NCBI GenBank assembly: GCA_943846745.1
Contig: OX044360.1
Coordinates: forward strand, 1,225,650 to 1,289,649
Direction: 5' to 3'
DNA: 64,000 nucleotides
Source: an uncultured Glaciecola sp.
GTDB taxonomy: Bacteria > Pseudomonadota > Gammaproteobacteria > Enterobacterales > Alteromonadaceae
Part shown: positions 51,131-64,000 of the stretch, piece by piece
Position numbering within the stretch: the first letter of the stretch is position 1
Layout of the letters: every line of letters starts with the position of its first letter
Translations under genes and position numbers: made by a program
Notes under the pieces: model-generated
Told to the model about the DNA's origin: nothing
Seen by the model: the letters and a program-made list of their open reading frames with translations, nothing else
The model's database searches: none

Positions 51131-53761
51131 TTGAGCCAAGCACAAACGCAACACACACCAATGATGCAACAATATTTAGGCATCAAAGCTAATCATCCTA
51201 ATGAACTCCTGTTTTATCGCATGGGTGATTTTTATGAGTTATTTTTTGATGATGCAAAACGTGCCGCACAATTAATCGATATAACCTTAACGGCGCGAGG
51301 TAAAGCTGGCGGTGAACCTATTCCGATGGCTGGTGTGCCTTATCATGCTGTCGAAGGCTATTTGGCCAAATTAGTTCAGATGGGTGTATCTGTCGCTATC
51401 TGCGAACAAGTTGGTGATCCAGCCACGAGTAAAGGTCCAGTTGCACGAGAAGTCAAACAAGTGCTCACGCCTGGCACAGTAACAGATGAAGCACTCCTTA
51501 AAGATAATCAAGATACGTTAATAGTTGCCATTACTTGCGCTCAGTCAACGCAATCTAAACACACAAAAAACAATGCACAACTCCAATATGGGTTAGCTGC
51601 TCTTGCCTTGAGCACGGGGCAATTTGTCATTACACAGCCTGCTAATGAGCAAGCATTGCTCGCGGATTTACAGCGCTTTAATCCTGCTGAACTATTATAT
51701 GATGAAAGCCTAATCGCGCCCCAAGTGCTAGCCAATTATCCAAAAAGCACCCGTCGTGCACAATGGGAATTTGATGTTGATACAGCCATTAACCATCTTA
51801 ACATGCAGTTTGGCACACAAGAATTAACCGGTTTTGGCGTGACTAATGCCCCTATCGCTCTCGGTGCAGCAGGTTGTTTACTGCAATACGTCAAAGATAC
51901 CCAAAAACGTGCGCTGCCACATATTAAAAGTATCAGCTTGCAAGCCCATAGCGATACGGTACAAATGGATTTTGCTACACGCAAAAACCTCGAGCTGACC
52001 CATAATTTATCTGGTGGTATCGACAATACCGTCTTTGCAGTGCTTAATGATACCCAAACCCCTATGGGTGCTCGGCTGCTACAACAATGGATCCATCGAC
52101 CTATCACACAACACGCATTATTAGAGCAACGCTATAATGTGATTGATAGTTTAGTCGCAGAAGATAGCACTGCTCCAGCACAAATTTTGAAAAAAATTGG
52201 CGATTTACAACGCGTATTAGCCCGCTTAGCCTTACGTTCAGCCCGTCCTCGCGATTTTGCACGGATCCGTGATGCCCTAGGTTTATTACCTGAATTACAA
52301 ACCTGTCTAGCGGTGCATACCGATCCAAAAATATTAGCACTGGCCCATACCATTAGTACTTATCCGGAAATGGCGGAACTCTTGCATAGTGCTATTATCG
52401 ATAACCCACCTGTGGTATTGCGCGATGGTGGCGTCATTGCCCCTGGTTATGACGTAGAGTTAGATGAGTTACGTGCTTTATCGCAAGGCGCGACTGATTA
52501 TTTAACCGTATTAGAAGAACGTGAAAAAGAAGCCACGGGGCTCAATACATTAAAGGTCGGCTATAATCGTGTACATGGCTTTTTTATTGAAGTATCCAAA
52601 GGCCAAGCGCATCTAGTACCAGGTCATTACATTCGCCGCCAAACATTAAAAAATAACGAACGATATATTATTGAAGAGCTTAAAGCACACGAAGAAAAAG
52701 TGCTTAACTCGCAAAGCCAAGCACTGAGCTTAGAAAAGCAATTATATGAAGCATTGTTTGAGCAGTTACTCCCTCATTTAAACGAACTAACCATGACTGC
52801 TAATGCACTAGCAGAACTCGATGTATTAGTATGTTTTGCCAGCCAGTCCATCGCGCTAAATTTATCTAGACCTATCTTAACGCCACTACCTGGTATTCGC
52901 TATCAAGCTGGACGTCACATTGTCGTTGAGCATGTATCACAACAACCTTTTATTGCTAATCCATTAGAGCTTGATGAACAGCATAAAATGCTAATGATCA
53001 CGGGTCCCAATATGGGCGGTAAATCAACTTATATGCGCCAAACTGCACTCATTGTATTACTTGGCTATATCGGTTGTTTTGTGCCCGCACAGGCGTGTCA
53101 CCTAGGTCCAATTGATCGTATTTTTACGCGTATTGGGGCGTCGGATGATCTTGCATCAGGCCGCTCAACATTTATGGTTGAGATGACCGAAACGGCGAAT
53201 ATTTTACATAATGCGACGGCCAACAGTTTAGTTTTAATGGACGAGATTGGCCGCGGCACCAGTACCTATGACGGTTTATCTTTAGCATGGGCTTGTGCCG
53301 AATACATTAGCCACACAATCAAAGCGTATACTCTGTTTGCAACACACTATTTTGAGTTAACCCAATTAGCTGAAGATACCGATTCCATGACTAACGTACA
53401 TCTCAATGCGATTGAGCATAACGATACCATCAAGTTTATGCATAATGTACAACAAGGTGCAGCAAGTAAAAGCTATGGCTTACAAGTCGCGCAACTAGCT
53501 GGCGTTCCTGACCATGTGATCCAAGTTGCAAAACAAAAGTTGCTAGCATTAGAAAGTGCGCCAATCGCTAATACTAGCGTTAATGAGGTTGCTGCAGACA
53601 CATCCAGAAAGATAAAGCCCGTCGCAGAGACTATGCCGGTGCAGTTATCACTGGATAACTCGCAACAAGCGTTATTGGATACATTGGATCAAATATCTGC
53701 GGATGAGTTATCTCCTAAGCAAGCACTTGATCTCATTTATGTCCTCAAATCAATGCGATAA
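51131..53761 (+). CDS. mutS: DNA mismatch repair protein MutS
   Basis: From TTG at 51131 the N-terminus is [42 protein letters not shown], colinear with E. coli MutS. Walker [10 protein letters not shown] is present. The ORF-track start at 51053 overlaps the divergent pncC and is unlikely. Confidence 0.97.
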   Translation: MSQAQTQHTPMMQQYLGIKANHPNELLFYRMGDFYELFFDDAKRAAQLIDITLTARGKAGGEPIPMAGVPYHAVEGYLAKLVQMGVSVAICEQVGDPATSKGPVAREVKQVLTPGTVTDEALLKDNQDTLIVAITCAQSTQSKHTKNNAQLQYGLAALALSTGQFVITQPANEQALLADLQRFNPAELLYDESLIAPQVLANYPKSTRRAQWEFDVDTAINHLNMQFGTQELTGFGVTNAPIALGAAGCLLQYVKDTQKRALPHIKSISLQAHSDTVQMDFATRKNLELTHNLSGGIDNTVFAVLNDTQTPMGARLLQQWIHRPITQHALLEQRYNVIDSLVAEDSTAPAQILKKIGDLQRVLARLALRSARPRDFARIRDALGLLPELQTCLAVHTDPKILALAHTISTYPEMAELLHSAIIDNPPVVLRDGGVIAPGYDVELDELRALSQGATDYLTVLEEREKEATGLNTLKVGYNRVHGFFIEVSKGQAHLVPGHYIRRQTLKNNERYIIEELKAHEEKVLNSQSQALSLEKQLYEALFEQLLPHLNELTMTANALAELDVLVCFASQSIALNLSRPILTPLPGIRYQAGRHIVVEHVSQQPFIANPLELDEQHKMLMITGPNMGGKSTYMRQTALIVLLGYIGCFVPAQACHLGPIDRIFTRIGASDDLASGRSTFMVEMTETANILHNATANSLVLMDEIGRGTSTYDGLSLAWACAEYISHTIKAYTLFATHYFELTQLAEDTDSMTNVHLNAIEHNDTIKFMHNVQQGAASKSYGLQVAQLAGVPDHVIQVAKQKLLALESAPIANTSVNEVAADTSRKIKPVAETMPVQLSLDNSQQALLDTLDQISADELSPKQALDLIYVLKSMR

Positions 53762-53929
53762 TTACGTAAATATATAACTACGGATTGAGATCAAAAATAA
53801 AATTGCGTATAATGTCGCTCCATCCATAACGAGTGAATGTCTGCTTATTTATCATGTAATATCCATGATGAAAAACTGTCATTGATTCAGCAAAATACCC
53901 GTATCCATTACATTTACGCCTTTAGGTAA

Positions 53930-56874
<2,945 letters not shown>

Positions 56875-56900
56875 GCCTTAATTAACACTGCCAACCTAAC

Positions 56901-56958
56901 AGCCAGTTGATTTGGTCAATGTGCTATGTAGCATTGATTCAACAACTGGCTTTTTTTT
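56901..56958 (+). terminator. rho-independent terminator after eno
   Basis: AGCCAGTTG (56901-56909) pairs with CAACTGGCT (56943-56951), enclosing an inner TCAATG/CATTGA hairpin. Followed by TTTTTTTT. Confidence 0.8.
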
Positions 56959-57049
56959 ATCTTTTTTACGTAGTTTTTCCGAGTTTTGATGATTTATGCC
57001 CTGAAAATCAGTAATATATGGTTTTCTATCGGATACGGTTTAAATTTTC

Positions 57050-57694
57050 ATGGTTGAGCAAAGCGATATCTTTTTTCAAGATCCCAATTTAGTGGCTTAT
57101 GCTGAGTTGTGTAACGCTTTATACCAACGAGAATGTGAGTTTTTAGCTGAACATGGTCCCACCCAAGCCAGTTTACTCAAACGTAAACTCAAGCATTTAC
57201 ATACCCATGTAACACAGTGTGCAGAACGGCTACTCGATAATACGTCACCACTGAAGGTAGATAAGCACAATGCTAGCTATCAGGCAAAGCAGTCTCCTAA
57301 ATGCCCTAGTAGTAAACAAACTAATGAGACCATCCAATCGTATTTTAATACGCATCACCATGTAGGCTCGATTTTGGTGGTCGCAGTGAATCACTTAGGC
57401 ATGACGCATTTAGAAATTGATTCACTCGACAAAGTGAATAATGAACACGCCTTGATCCACGTAAATAAATTTGGCTGGTTTAATTATGCTGGGCAACCAG
57501 TCAACGCAGACGGTTCATGTGTAGAGCAAACTAATGCGTTACAAACCCTTACCCTCCTCAAACCGACAAAATCAGTGTTAATCAGTGCATGTTGCGGTCA
57601 CCGCTGGTCGCATATCGGCAAAATCTCACCAAGAGTCCTCACCATGCGTGAATTACGTTTGTCATTCAGCATTAAGTGGAAAGGACTACGATAA
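57050..57694 (+). CDS. hypothetical protein, no family recognised
   Basis: Intact 214-aa ORF between the eno terminator and the leu control region. No convincing Shine-Dalgarno upstream of the ATG. N-terminal helical segment, S/K/Q-rich linker, and a Cys/His-containing C-terminal part (SACCGHRWSH). Confidence 0.45.
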   Translation: MVEQSDIFFQDPNLVAYAELCNALYQRECEFLAEHGPTQASLLKRKLKHLHTHVTQCAERLLDNTSPLKVDKHNASYQAKQSPKCPSSKQTNETIQSYFNTHHHVGSILVVAVNHLGMTHLEIDSLDKVNNEHALIHVNKFGWFNYAGQPVNADGSCVEQTNALQTLTLLKPTKSVLISACCGHRWSHIGKISPRVLTMRELRLSFSIKWKGLR

Positions 57695-57855
57695 ACCATT
57701 ATTTGGAATGCATATCCTAATATGAATAAAAAATAAGGATGCAATACGCGATTACAACCTATTAACAAACCTTTTTTAGTATATAATCACTCATTATCAC
57801 CATTATAGTCCAACTTTAACTTGACCATCTGGACACATAATCGTACAGTAGCGCT

Positions 57856-57924
57856 ATGAAAATAAAAATTCACACATATTTGTCAACATTACTCCTGTTA
57901 CTGGTAGCCAGACTGCACGGGTAG
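57856..57924 (+). CDS. leuL: leu operon leader peptide
   Basis: 22-codon ORF MKIKIHTYLSTLLLLLVARLHG with five consecutive Leu codons (TTA CTC CTG TTA CTG). It lies about 80 nt upstream of leuA and is immediately followed by a terminator. The RBS is weak. Confidence 0.8.
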   Translation: MKIKIHTYLSTLLLLLVARLHG

Positions 57925-57944
57925 GTTGTATTTTAATAATAATC

Positions 57945-57972
57945 AAACCCGTGTAACCCACGGGTTTTTTTA
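57945..57972 (+). terminator. leu attenuator terminator
   Basis: AAACCCGTG-taacc-CACGGGTTT followed by TTTTTTT. An identical CACGGG at 57916-57921, at the end of the leader ORF, can pair with CCCGTG (57948-57953) as an alternative antiterminator. Confidence 0.85.
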
Positions 57973-58001
57973 TTTATAGCGTAAACAAAGAGGAGCAGCA
58001 C

Positions 58002-59555
58002 ATGACGAACCATGTGAAAATTTTCGATACGACTTTAAGGGATGGCGAACAGGCATTACCTGCCAGTTTAACCGTAAAAGAGAAACTACAAATAGCACTC
58101 GCGTTAGAGAAACTCGGTGTAGATATTATCGAAGCTGGTTTCCCTGTTTCTTCTCCTGGTGACTTTACTTCCGTTCAAACCATTGCCCGAGAAGTAAAAA
58201 ATGCGACTGTTTGCGGTTTATCGCGTGCGCTTGAAAAAGATATCGATGCGTGCGGCCAAGCATTAGGGGTAGCTGAACAATTTCGTATTCATACCTTTAT
58301 CGCCACGTCTGATATTCATGTCTCCACCAAATTACGTAAATCTCAAGATGACATCGTAGAAATGGCGGTCGCGGCAGTCAAGCATGCACGCAAATACACG
58401 GATGATGTAGAATTTTCTTGTGAAGATGCCGGTCGCACACATATTGATTATTTGTGCCGAATGGTCGAGTCAGCAATTAAGGCGGGAGCAACGACAGTCA
58501 ATATTCCAGATACAGTCGGTTACACTACGCCTACTGAGTTTGGTAGCATCATTCAACAGTTGTTTAACCGCGTACCTAATATTGATCAAGCGGTAATCTC
58601 TGTGCATTGTCACAATGATTTAGGACTGGCGGTCGCTAACTCGTTAGCGGCAATAGAACAAGGCGCACGCCAAGTTGAATGTACTATTAACGGAATTGGT
58701 GAACGTGCAGGTAATTGTTCATTAGAAGAAATCGCGATGATCTTACAGACCCGCAACGAACGCTATGGTCTGCACACTAATATTCGCAGCCAGGAGATTT
58801 CTCGTACATCCAAGCTCGTCAGTCAATTATGTAATATGCCAGTGCAAGCCAACAAGGCGATTGTCGGTGCCAATGCGTTTGCCCATTCATCCGGTATACA
58901 CCAAGATGGCGTATTAAAAGGCCAAAATACCTACGAGATCATGACACCAGAATCGGTTGGTCTTAACAAAAACCAACTCAATTTAACGTCACGTTCAGGC
59001 CGGCATGTCATCAAGCATCGCTTAGGTGAGCTCGGTTACAGTGAAAGTGATTATGATTTAGACGAAGTGTATGCGTCATTTGTTCGCCTAGCGGATAAAA
59101 AAGGACAAGTATTTGATTATGATTTGGAAGCGTTATTGTTTTTTAACCAACAAAAACATGAACATGCCCACTATTCATTAGAGTATTTACAAGCTAGCTC
59201 TGGCAAAGAAGTCATTCCTAGTGCTACCGTCTCATTGAATATCGGTACAGAAACCGTTACACATAGCGCAATCGGCAACGGTCCGGTTGATGCTGCCTAC
59301 AATGCAATTATGCAAATTATCAATCAAGATGAAATCAAGATTGTGGATTTTAAATTGGATTCAAAAGGCGAAGGCGCGAATGCTTTGGCACAAGTCAGCA
59401 TAGTCGCAAAATATAAAGACCGTCGTTTTCATGGGATTGGCCTCGCTACTGACATTGTCGAATCAGGCGTAAAGGCACTCATTTTCGTTTTAAATAATAT
59501 GCACCTTGCTGATCAAATTGATGAGCAAAAGCAACACATATCCACAGGAGTATAA
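58002..59555 (+). CDS. leuA: 2-isopropylmalate synthase
   Basis: [27 protein letters not shown] and a C-terminal LeuA regulatory domain. 517 aa. Confidence 0.98.
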   Translation: MTNHVKIFDTTLRDGEQALPASLTVKEKLQIALALEKLGVDIIEAGFPVSSPGDFTSVQTIAREVKNATVCGLSRALEKDIDACGQALGVAEQFRIHTFIATSDIHVSTKLRKSQDDIVEMAVAAVKHARKYTDDVEFSCEDAGRTHIDYLCRMVESAIKAGATTVNIPDTVGYTTPTEFGSIIQQLFNRVPNIDQAVISVHCHNDLGLAVANSLAAIEQGARQVECTINGIGERAGNCSLEEIAMILQTRNERYGLHTNIRSQEISRTSKLVSQLCNMPVQANKAIVGANAFAHSSGIHQDGVLKGQNTYEIMTPESVGLNKNQLNLTSRSGRHVIKHRLGELGYSESDYDLDEVYASFVRLADKKGQVFDYDLEALLFFNQQKHEHAHYSLEYLQASSGKEVIPSATVSLNIGTETVTHSAIGNGPVDAAYNAIMQIINQDEIKIVDFKLDSKGEGANALAQVSIVAKYKDRRFHGIGLATDIVESGVKALIFVLNNMHLADQIDEQKQHISTGV

Positions 59556-60650
<1,095 letters not shown>

Positions 60651-60661
60651 GGACACACCTC

Positions 60662-62065
60662 ATGGCTAAAACACTTTATGACAAAATTTGGGATGCGCAT
60701 ATTGTTTCGCAAGTTGGCGCAGACACCTTATTATATATTGACCGTCATCTGATCCACGAAGTCACAACGCCACAGGCGTTTGCCGGACTCAATGACAAAG
60801 GTCGCAAAGTTCGTTGCCCAGAAAAAACGGTAGCAACAATGGATCATTCTATCTCGACGCGTTCTTTGGCGCTTGATGCATGTGGTCCTGCGAATCAATT
60901 ACAACTACAAACGTTATTACAAAACTGTGAAGATCACGGCATAACGCTCTACCCTGTTGGTCATCAAAAACAAGGAATTATTCATGTTATGGCGCCGGAA
61001 CTAGGTGCGATACAACCTGGTCATACCGTTGTCTGTGGTGATTCACATACGGCAACGCATGGTGCGTTCGGTGCGTTAGCATTTGGTATTGGTACATCAG
61101 AAGTAGAACACGTGTTTGCGACACAAACGTTACGTCAATCTAAAGCCAAAAACTTAAAAGTCGAAGTGACGGGTAAGTTACCCATCGGTGTCACAGCCAA
61201 AGATATTATCTTAGCTATCATTGGTGAACTTGGCCATGCTGGTGCGACCGGTTATGTCATTGAATATTGTGGTGATACCATTGCGGCACTTTCAATGGAA
61301 GAGCGTATGACGATTTGTAATATGTCGATCGAAGGCGGAGCAAAAGCAGGCTTAGTCGCGCCAGATCAAACGACCTATGACTACATCAAAGGCCGTGAAA
61401 AAGCACCACAAGGGGCGGATTGGGATGCCGCAGTCGCCTATTGGGATACATTGTTTACCGATACCGATGCGCACTTTGATCGTACCGTTACGTTACAAGC
61501 CAAAGATATTAAACCGCAAGTGACATGGGGCACTAACCCTGGTCAGGTGATTGGCGTGGATGATTTAATCCCTGCTCCGACTGATTTCAGTGATCCGATC
61601 ACGCGTGAATCAGCGATCAAAGCACTGAAATATATGGACTTGACGCCGGGTCAAAAACTGTCTGATCTTGACGTATCCCATGTTTTTATTGGTTCGTGTA
61701 CTAATTCACGCATCGAAGATCTACGTGCAGCAGCCAGTGTTGCTAAGCGTGGTCATGTTGCCAACCATGTTACTGCGATTATTGTTCCAGGATCAGCCGC
61801 TGTTAAACTACAAGCAGAACAAGAAGGGTTAGATAAAGTCTTTTTAGATGCTGGCTTTGAATGGCGATTACCTGGTTGTTCTATGTGCTTAGGCATGAAT
61901 GATGATTTACTCAAAGAAGGCGATCGTTGTGCATCAACATCGAACCGCAATTTTGAAGGTCGTCAAGGACGTGGTGCTCGCACCCACTTAGTCAGCCCAG
62001 CAATGGCCGCGGCTGCCGCTATCAACGGTAAATTTACCGATGTCCGTCAATTTGAGGAACAATAA
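60662..62065 (+). CDS. leuC: 3-isopropylmalate dehydratase large subunit
   Basis: [18 protein letters not shown] and [12 protein letters not shown] (Fe-S cluster Cys), 467 aa. Confidence 0.98.
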   Translation: MAKTLYDKIWDAHIVSQVGADTLLYIDRHLIHEVTTPQAFAGLNDKGRKVRCPEKTVATMDHSISTRSLALDACGPANQLQLQTLLQNCEDHGITLYPVGHQKQGIIHVMAPELGAIQPGHTVVCGDSHTATHGAFGALAFGIGTSEVEHVFATQTLRQSKAKNLKVEVTGKLPIGVTAKDIILAIIGELGHAGATGYVIEYCGDTIAALSMEERMTICNMSIEGGAKAGLVAPDQTTYDYIKGREKAPQGADWDAAVAYWDTLFTDTDAHFDRTVTLQAKDIKPQVTWGTNPGQVIGVDDLIPAPTDFSDPITRESAIKALKYMDLTPGQKLSDLDVSHVFIGSCTNSRIEDLRAAASVAKRGHVANHVTAIIVPGSAAVKLQAEQEGLDKVFLDAGFEWRLPGCSMCLGMNDDLLKEGDRCASTSNRNFEGRQGRGARTHLVSPAMAAAAAINGKFTDVRQFEEQ

Positions 62066-62664
62066 TGCAACCAATTACCGTTCACACAGGCACGATGGTG
62101 CCACTAGATACCGCCAATATTGATACCGATCAGATCATTCCTAAGCAGTTTTTGACCGGCGTGACACGCCAAGGTTATGGCAAACACTTATTTCATGATT
62201 GGCGCTACCTTGATCAACATGAGCAAGTATTGAACCCTGAGTTTAATTTAAATAAGCCAGAATATGCCGGCGCGAGTGTCTTGATCACCCGTGAAAACTT
62301 TGGCTGCGGCTCTTCACGTGAGCATGCACCATGGGCCTTGATGGACTTTGGTATACAAGTGATTATTGCGACCAGCTTTGCCGATATTTTTTATGGTAAT
62401 GCGATCAACAACAGCATGTTACCGATCCGCTTAGCATCAAACGAGATGGATCAGTTATTTGCGGCGTTAGCGCAAGATAGCAATGCATCAGTGACGATTG
62501 ATTTGAGCCTACAAAGTGTGGTTTGTGGCGAGCTTGAGTTTAGCTTTGACATTGCACCACATCACAAAAATAACCTAATTAAAGGGTTAGATGCGATTGG
62601 TCAAACGTTAGAACATGCTGATGCTATCGCGACTTATGAGCAACAACTAGCAAGTTGGCAATAA
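62065..62664 (+). CDS. leuD: 3-isopropylmalate dehydratase small subunit
   Basis: [15 protein letters not shown] motif. 1-nt overlap with the leuC stop. Confidence 0.97.
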   Translation: MQPITVHTGTMVPLDTANIDTDQIIPKQFLTGVTRQGYGKHLFHDWRYLDQHEQVLNPEFNLNKPEYAGASVLITRENFGCGSSREHAPWALMDFGIQVIIATSFADIFYGNAINNSMLPIRLASNEMDQLFAALAQDSNASVTIDLSLQSVVCGELEFSFDIAPHHKNNLIKGLDAIGQTLEHADAIATYEQQLASWQ

Positions 62665-62697
62665 TAGCTGAAATACGAGCTTAATCTGAGCGGTTAG

Positions 62698-63846
62698 TTA
62701 ATCGACTAACTGCTCAAGTAACGTATTCAAATACCGTCGCCCAAGTGGAGTCACCTGCCAATGCTCATTGGCAATGCTTAATAATCCGTTATCTTGGGCT
62801 TTGTTCATCATTGTTGTGATTGAGCTAGGCAAACTTTCTCCGGTCTTAATTTGATACTCATCATGCGGACACGCCTCAACTAAGCGTAAACGATTCATAA
62901 AAAACTCAAACGGATAATCATCCATCTCGACATACCACTGTTTGAGCTGATAATCGCGGCCAATTTGCATGTAGCCTTTAGGATGTTTTATTTTTTCCGT
63001 GCGCAAAATACCTTTGTCGGTGGTGATTTTACCATGTGCACCACAGCCTATTCCTAGATAATCACCAAAGCGCCAATAGTTTAAATTATGCTGACATTGC
63101 TGTCCGGCTTGCGCGTATCCAGAAATCTCATATTGTTCATAACCAGCTTCACGTAATAACACTTCGCCCTGCTCTTGGATTGCCCAAAGCGTATCATCAT
63201 CAGGCAGTGTGGGTGGACGAGAATGAAACGACGTATTCGGCTCTATGGTCAGTTGATACCAAGACAAATGCTTCGGGTTCAGCGCAATCGCTTGAGTTAA
63301 GTCATTTAAGCCTTGTGTTAAGGACTGTTCAGGTAAACCGTGCATAATATCAACGTTAAAGCTATTTAACGCAACCTCATGTGCCTGAGCGATAGCATAG
63401 CGCGCTTGATCGGCATCATGGATCCTTCCTAAGGCAGCTAGCTGAGGCTCATTGAAACTTTGTACCCCAATCGAAATTCGATTCACACCACCGGCAACAA
63501 ATCCTGCGAATTTTCCCGTTTCAACGGTGCCGGGGTTAGCTTCTAACGTCACTTCAGCATTATGTGCTAACGGTAAAATTTGACGCACGCCTTGTAATAA
63601 GCGCGCCAATGCGTCGCTAGATAATAAACTTGGTGTACCGCCACCGATAAAAATAGTGTGAATTTCACGGCCTTGCGCAAGGTGCGCATCGGCACGTAAA
63701 TCATCTAATAAGTGTGCGACATATTCTTTTTCTGGGATGCCGCCTTTGAGAGTATGTGAATTAAAATCACAATACGGGCATTTTTGAACGCACCAAGGAA
63801 TGTGGATATATAACGATAAAGGGATCGCTTGGATGTTATCGACCAA
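62698..63846 (-). CDS. hemW: radical SAM family heme chaperone HemW (YggW)
   Basis: YIHIPWCVQKCPYCDFNS (CxxxCxxC), 382 aa. TTG start at 63846. Sits downstream of rdgB as in E. coli. Confidence 0.9.
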   Translation of the reverse strand: MVDNIQAIPLSLYIHIPWCVQKCPYCDFNSHTLKGGIPEKEYVAHLLDDLRADAHLAQGREIHTIFIGGGTPSLLSSDALARLLQGVRQILPLAHNAEVTLEANPGTVETGKFAGFVAGGVNRISIGVQSFNEPQLAALGRIHDADQARYAIAQAHEVALNSFNVDIMHGLPEQSLTQGLNDLTQAIALNPKHLSWYQLTIEPNTSFHSRPPTLPDDDTLWAIQEQGEVLLREAGYEQYEISGYAQAGQQCQHNLNYWRFGDYLGIGCGAHGKITTDKGILRTEKIKHPKGYMQIGRDYQLKQWYVEMDDYPFEFFMNRLRLVEACPHDEYQIKTGESLPSSITTMMNKAQDNGLLSIANEHWQVTPLGRRYLNTLLEQLVD

Positions 63847-64000
63847 GTAATGACTCCATCTCTTTGATCAATAACGCCAATGCTTGAGCACGATGGCTGA
63901 CAGTCGATTTTTCTGATTTTTCACATTCAGCGGCGTGTTTGTTTAAGGTCGGACAATAGAATACCGGATCATAACCAAACCCCTGCTCTCCTGCACGCTG
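63836..64000 (-). CDS. rdgB: dITP/XTP pyrophosphatase RdgB, C-terminal 54 codons only (5' part outside window)
   Basis: Minus-strand frame entering at 64000 reads QRAGEQGFGYDPVFYCPTLNKHAAECEKSEKSTVSHRAQALALLIKEMESLLGR then TAA at 63838-63836. GFGYDP and SHR are RdgB/HAM1 C-terminal motifs. Confidence 0.85.
   Translation of the reverse strand, partial: QRAGEQGFGYDPVFYCPTLNKHAAECEKSEKSTVSHRAQALALLIKEMESLLGR

Noticed and set aside
57821-57849. TTGACC-17 nt-TACAGT, considered as the leu promoter.
   Set aside because: It would place the transcription start essentially on the leader-peptide ATG (57856), leaving no 5'UTR. A TATAAT at 57782-57787 is an alternative but lacks a good -35. I cannot choose between them from sequence alone, so no promoter is called.

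Overview
This is a densely coded core-chromosome window of an AT-rich marine gammaproteobacterium. Synteny looks Vibrionales/Alteromonadales-like; I cannot name the species from sequence alone. Almost every large ORF is a recognisable housekeeping gene.

Gene order:
- 1-12.9 kb, minus strand: lpxB(partial)-lpxA-fabZ, then skp-bamA-rseP-dxr-cdsA-uppS-frr-pyrH-tsf-rpsB.
- 13-17.6 kb, plus strand: map-glnD-dapD.
- 17.6-26.6 kb: yqcA-truC, two conserved hypotheticals, a GNAT gene, a lipoprotein, syd, queF, ppnN and a short NAD-type isocitrate dehydrogenase.
- 26.9-32.9 kb: comEA, galU-ugd, a POT peptide transporter and galE.
- 33-41 kb, minus strand: ccmABCDEFGHI with mlaA coupled to its end.
- 41.2-43.3 kb: a FliK-like / FlhB-C-terminal-like gene pair.
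- 43.3-49.1 kb: a CzcCBA-type heavy-metal RND operon plus a small DUF3240-like gene.
- 49.4-64 kb: recA-pncC, mutS, pyrG-eno, one orphan ORF, the leu leader with leuABCD, hemW and partial rdgB.

Features the ORF track does not show:
- A roughly 400-nt CsrB/RsmB-type sRNA packed with GGA motifs, in the 570-bp ORF-free gap at 20.3-20.7 kb.
- A leucine leader peptide with an attenuator upstream of leuA.
- A LexA box inside the recA promoter.
- A set of rho-independent terminators.

I see no tRNA, rRNA, CRISPR array, IS element, integrase, prophage or defence island. I cannot support a claim of a new multi-gene system in this window. The loci most worth follow-up:
- the Csr-type sRNA;
- the stand-alone FliK-like/FlhB_CC-like pair;
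- the regulator-less RND operon with its DUF3240-like partner;
- the absence of lpxD from its conserved slot;
- one orphan 214-aa ORF.
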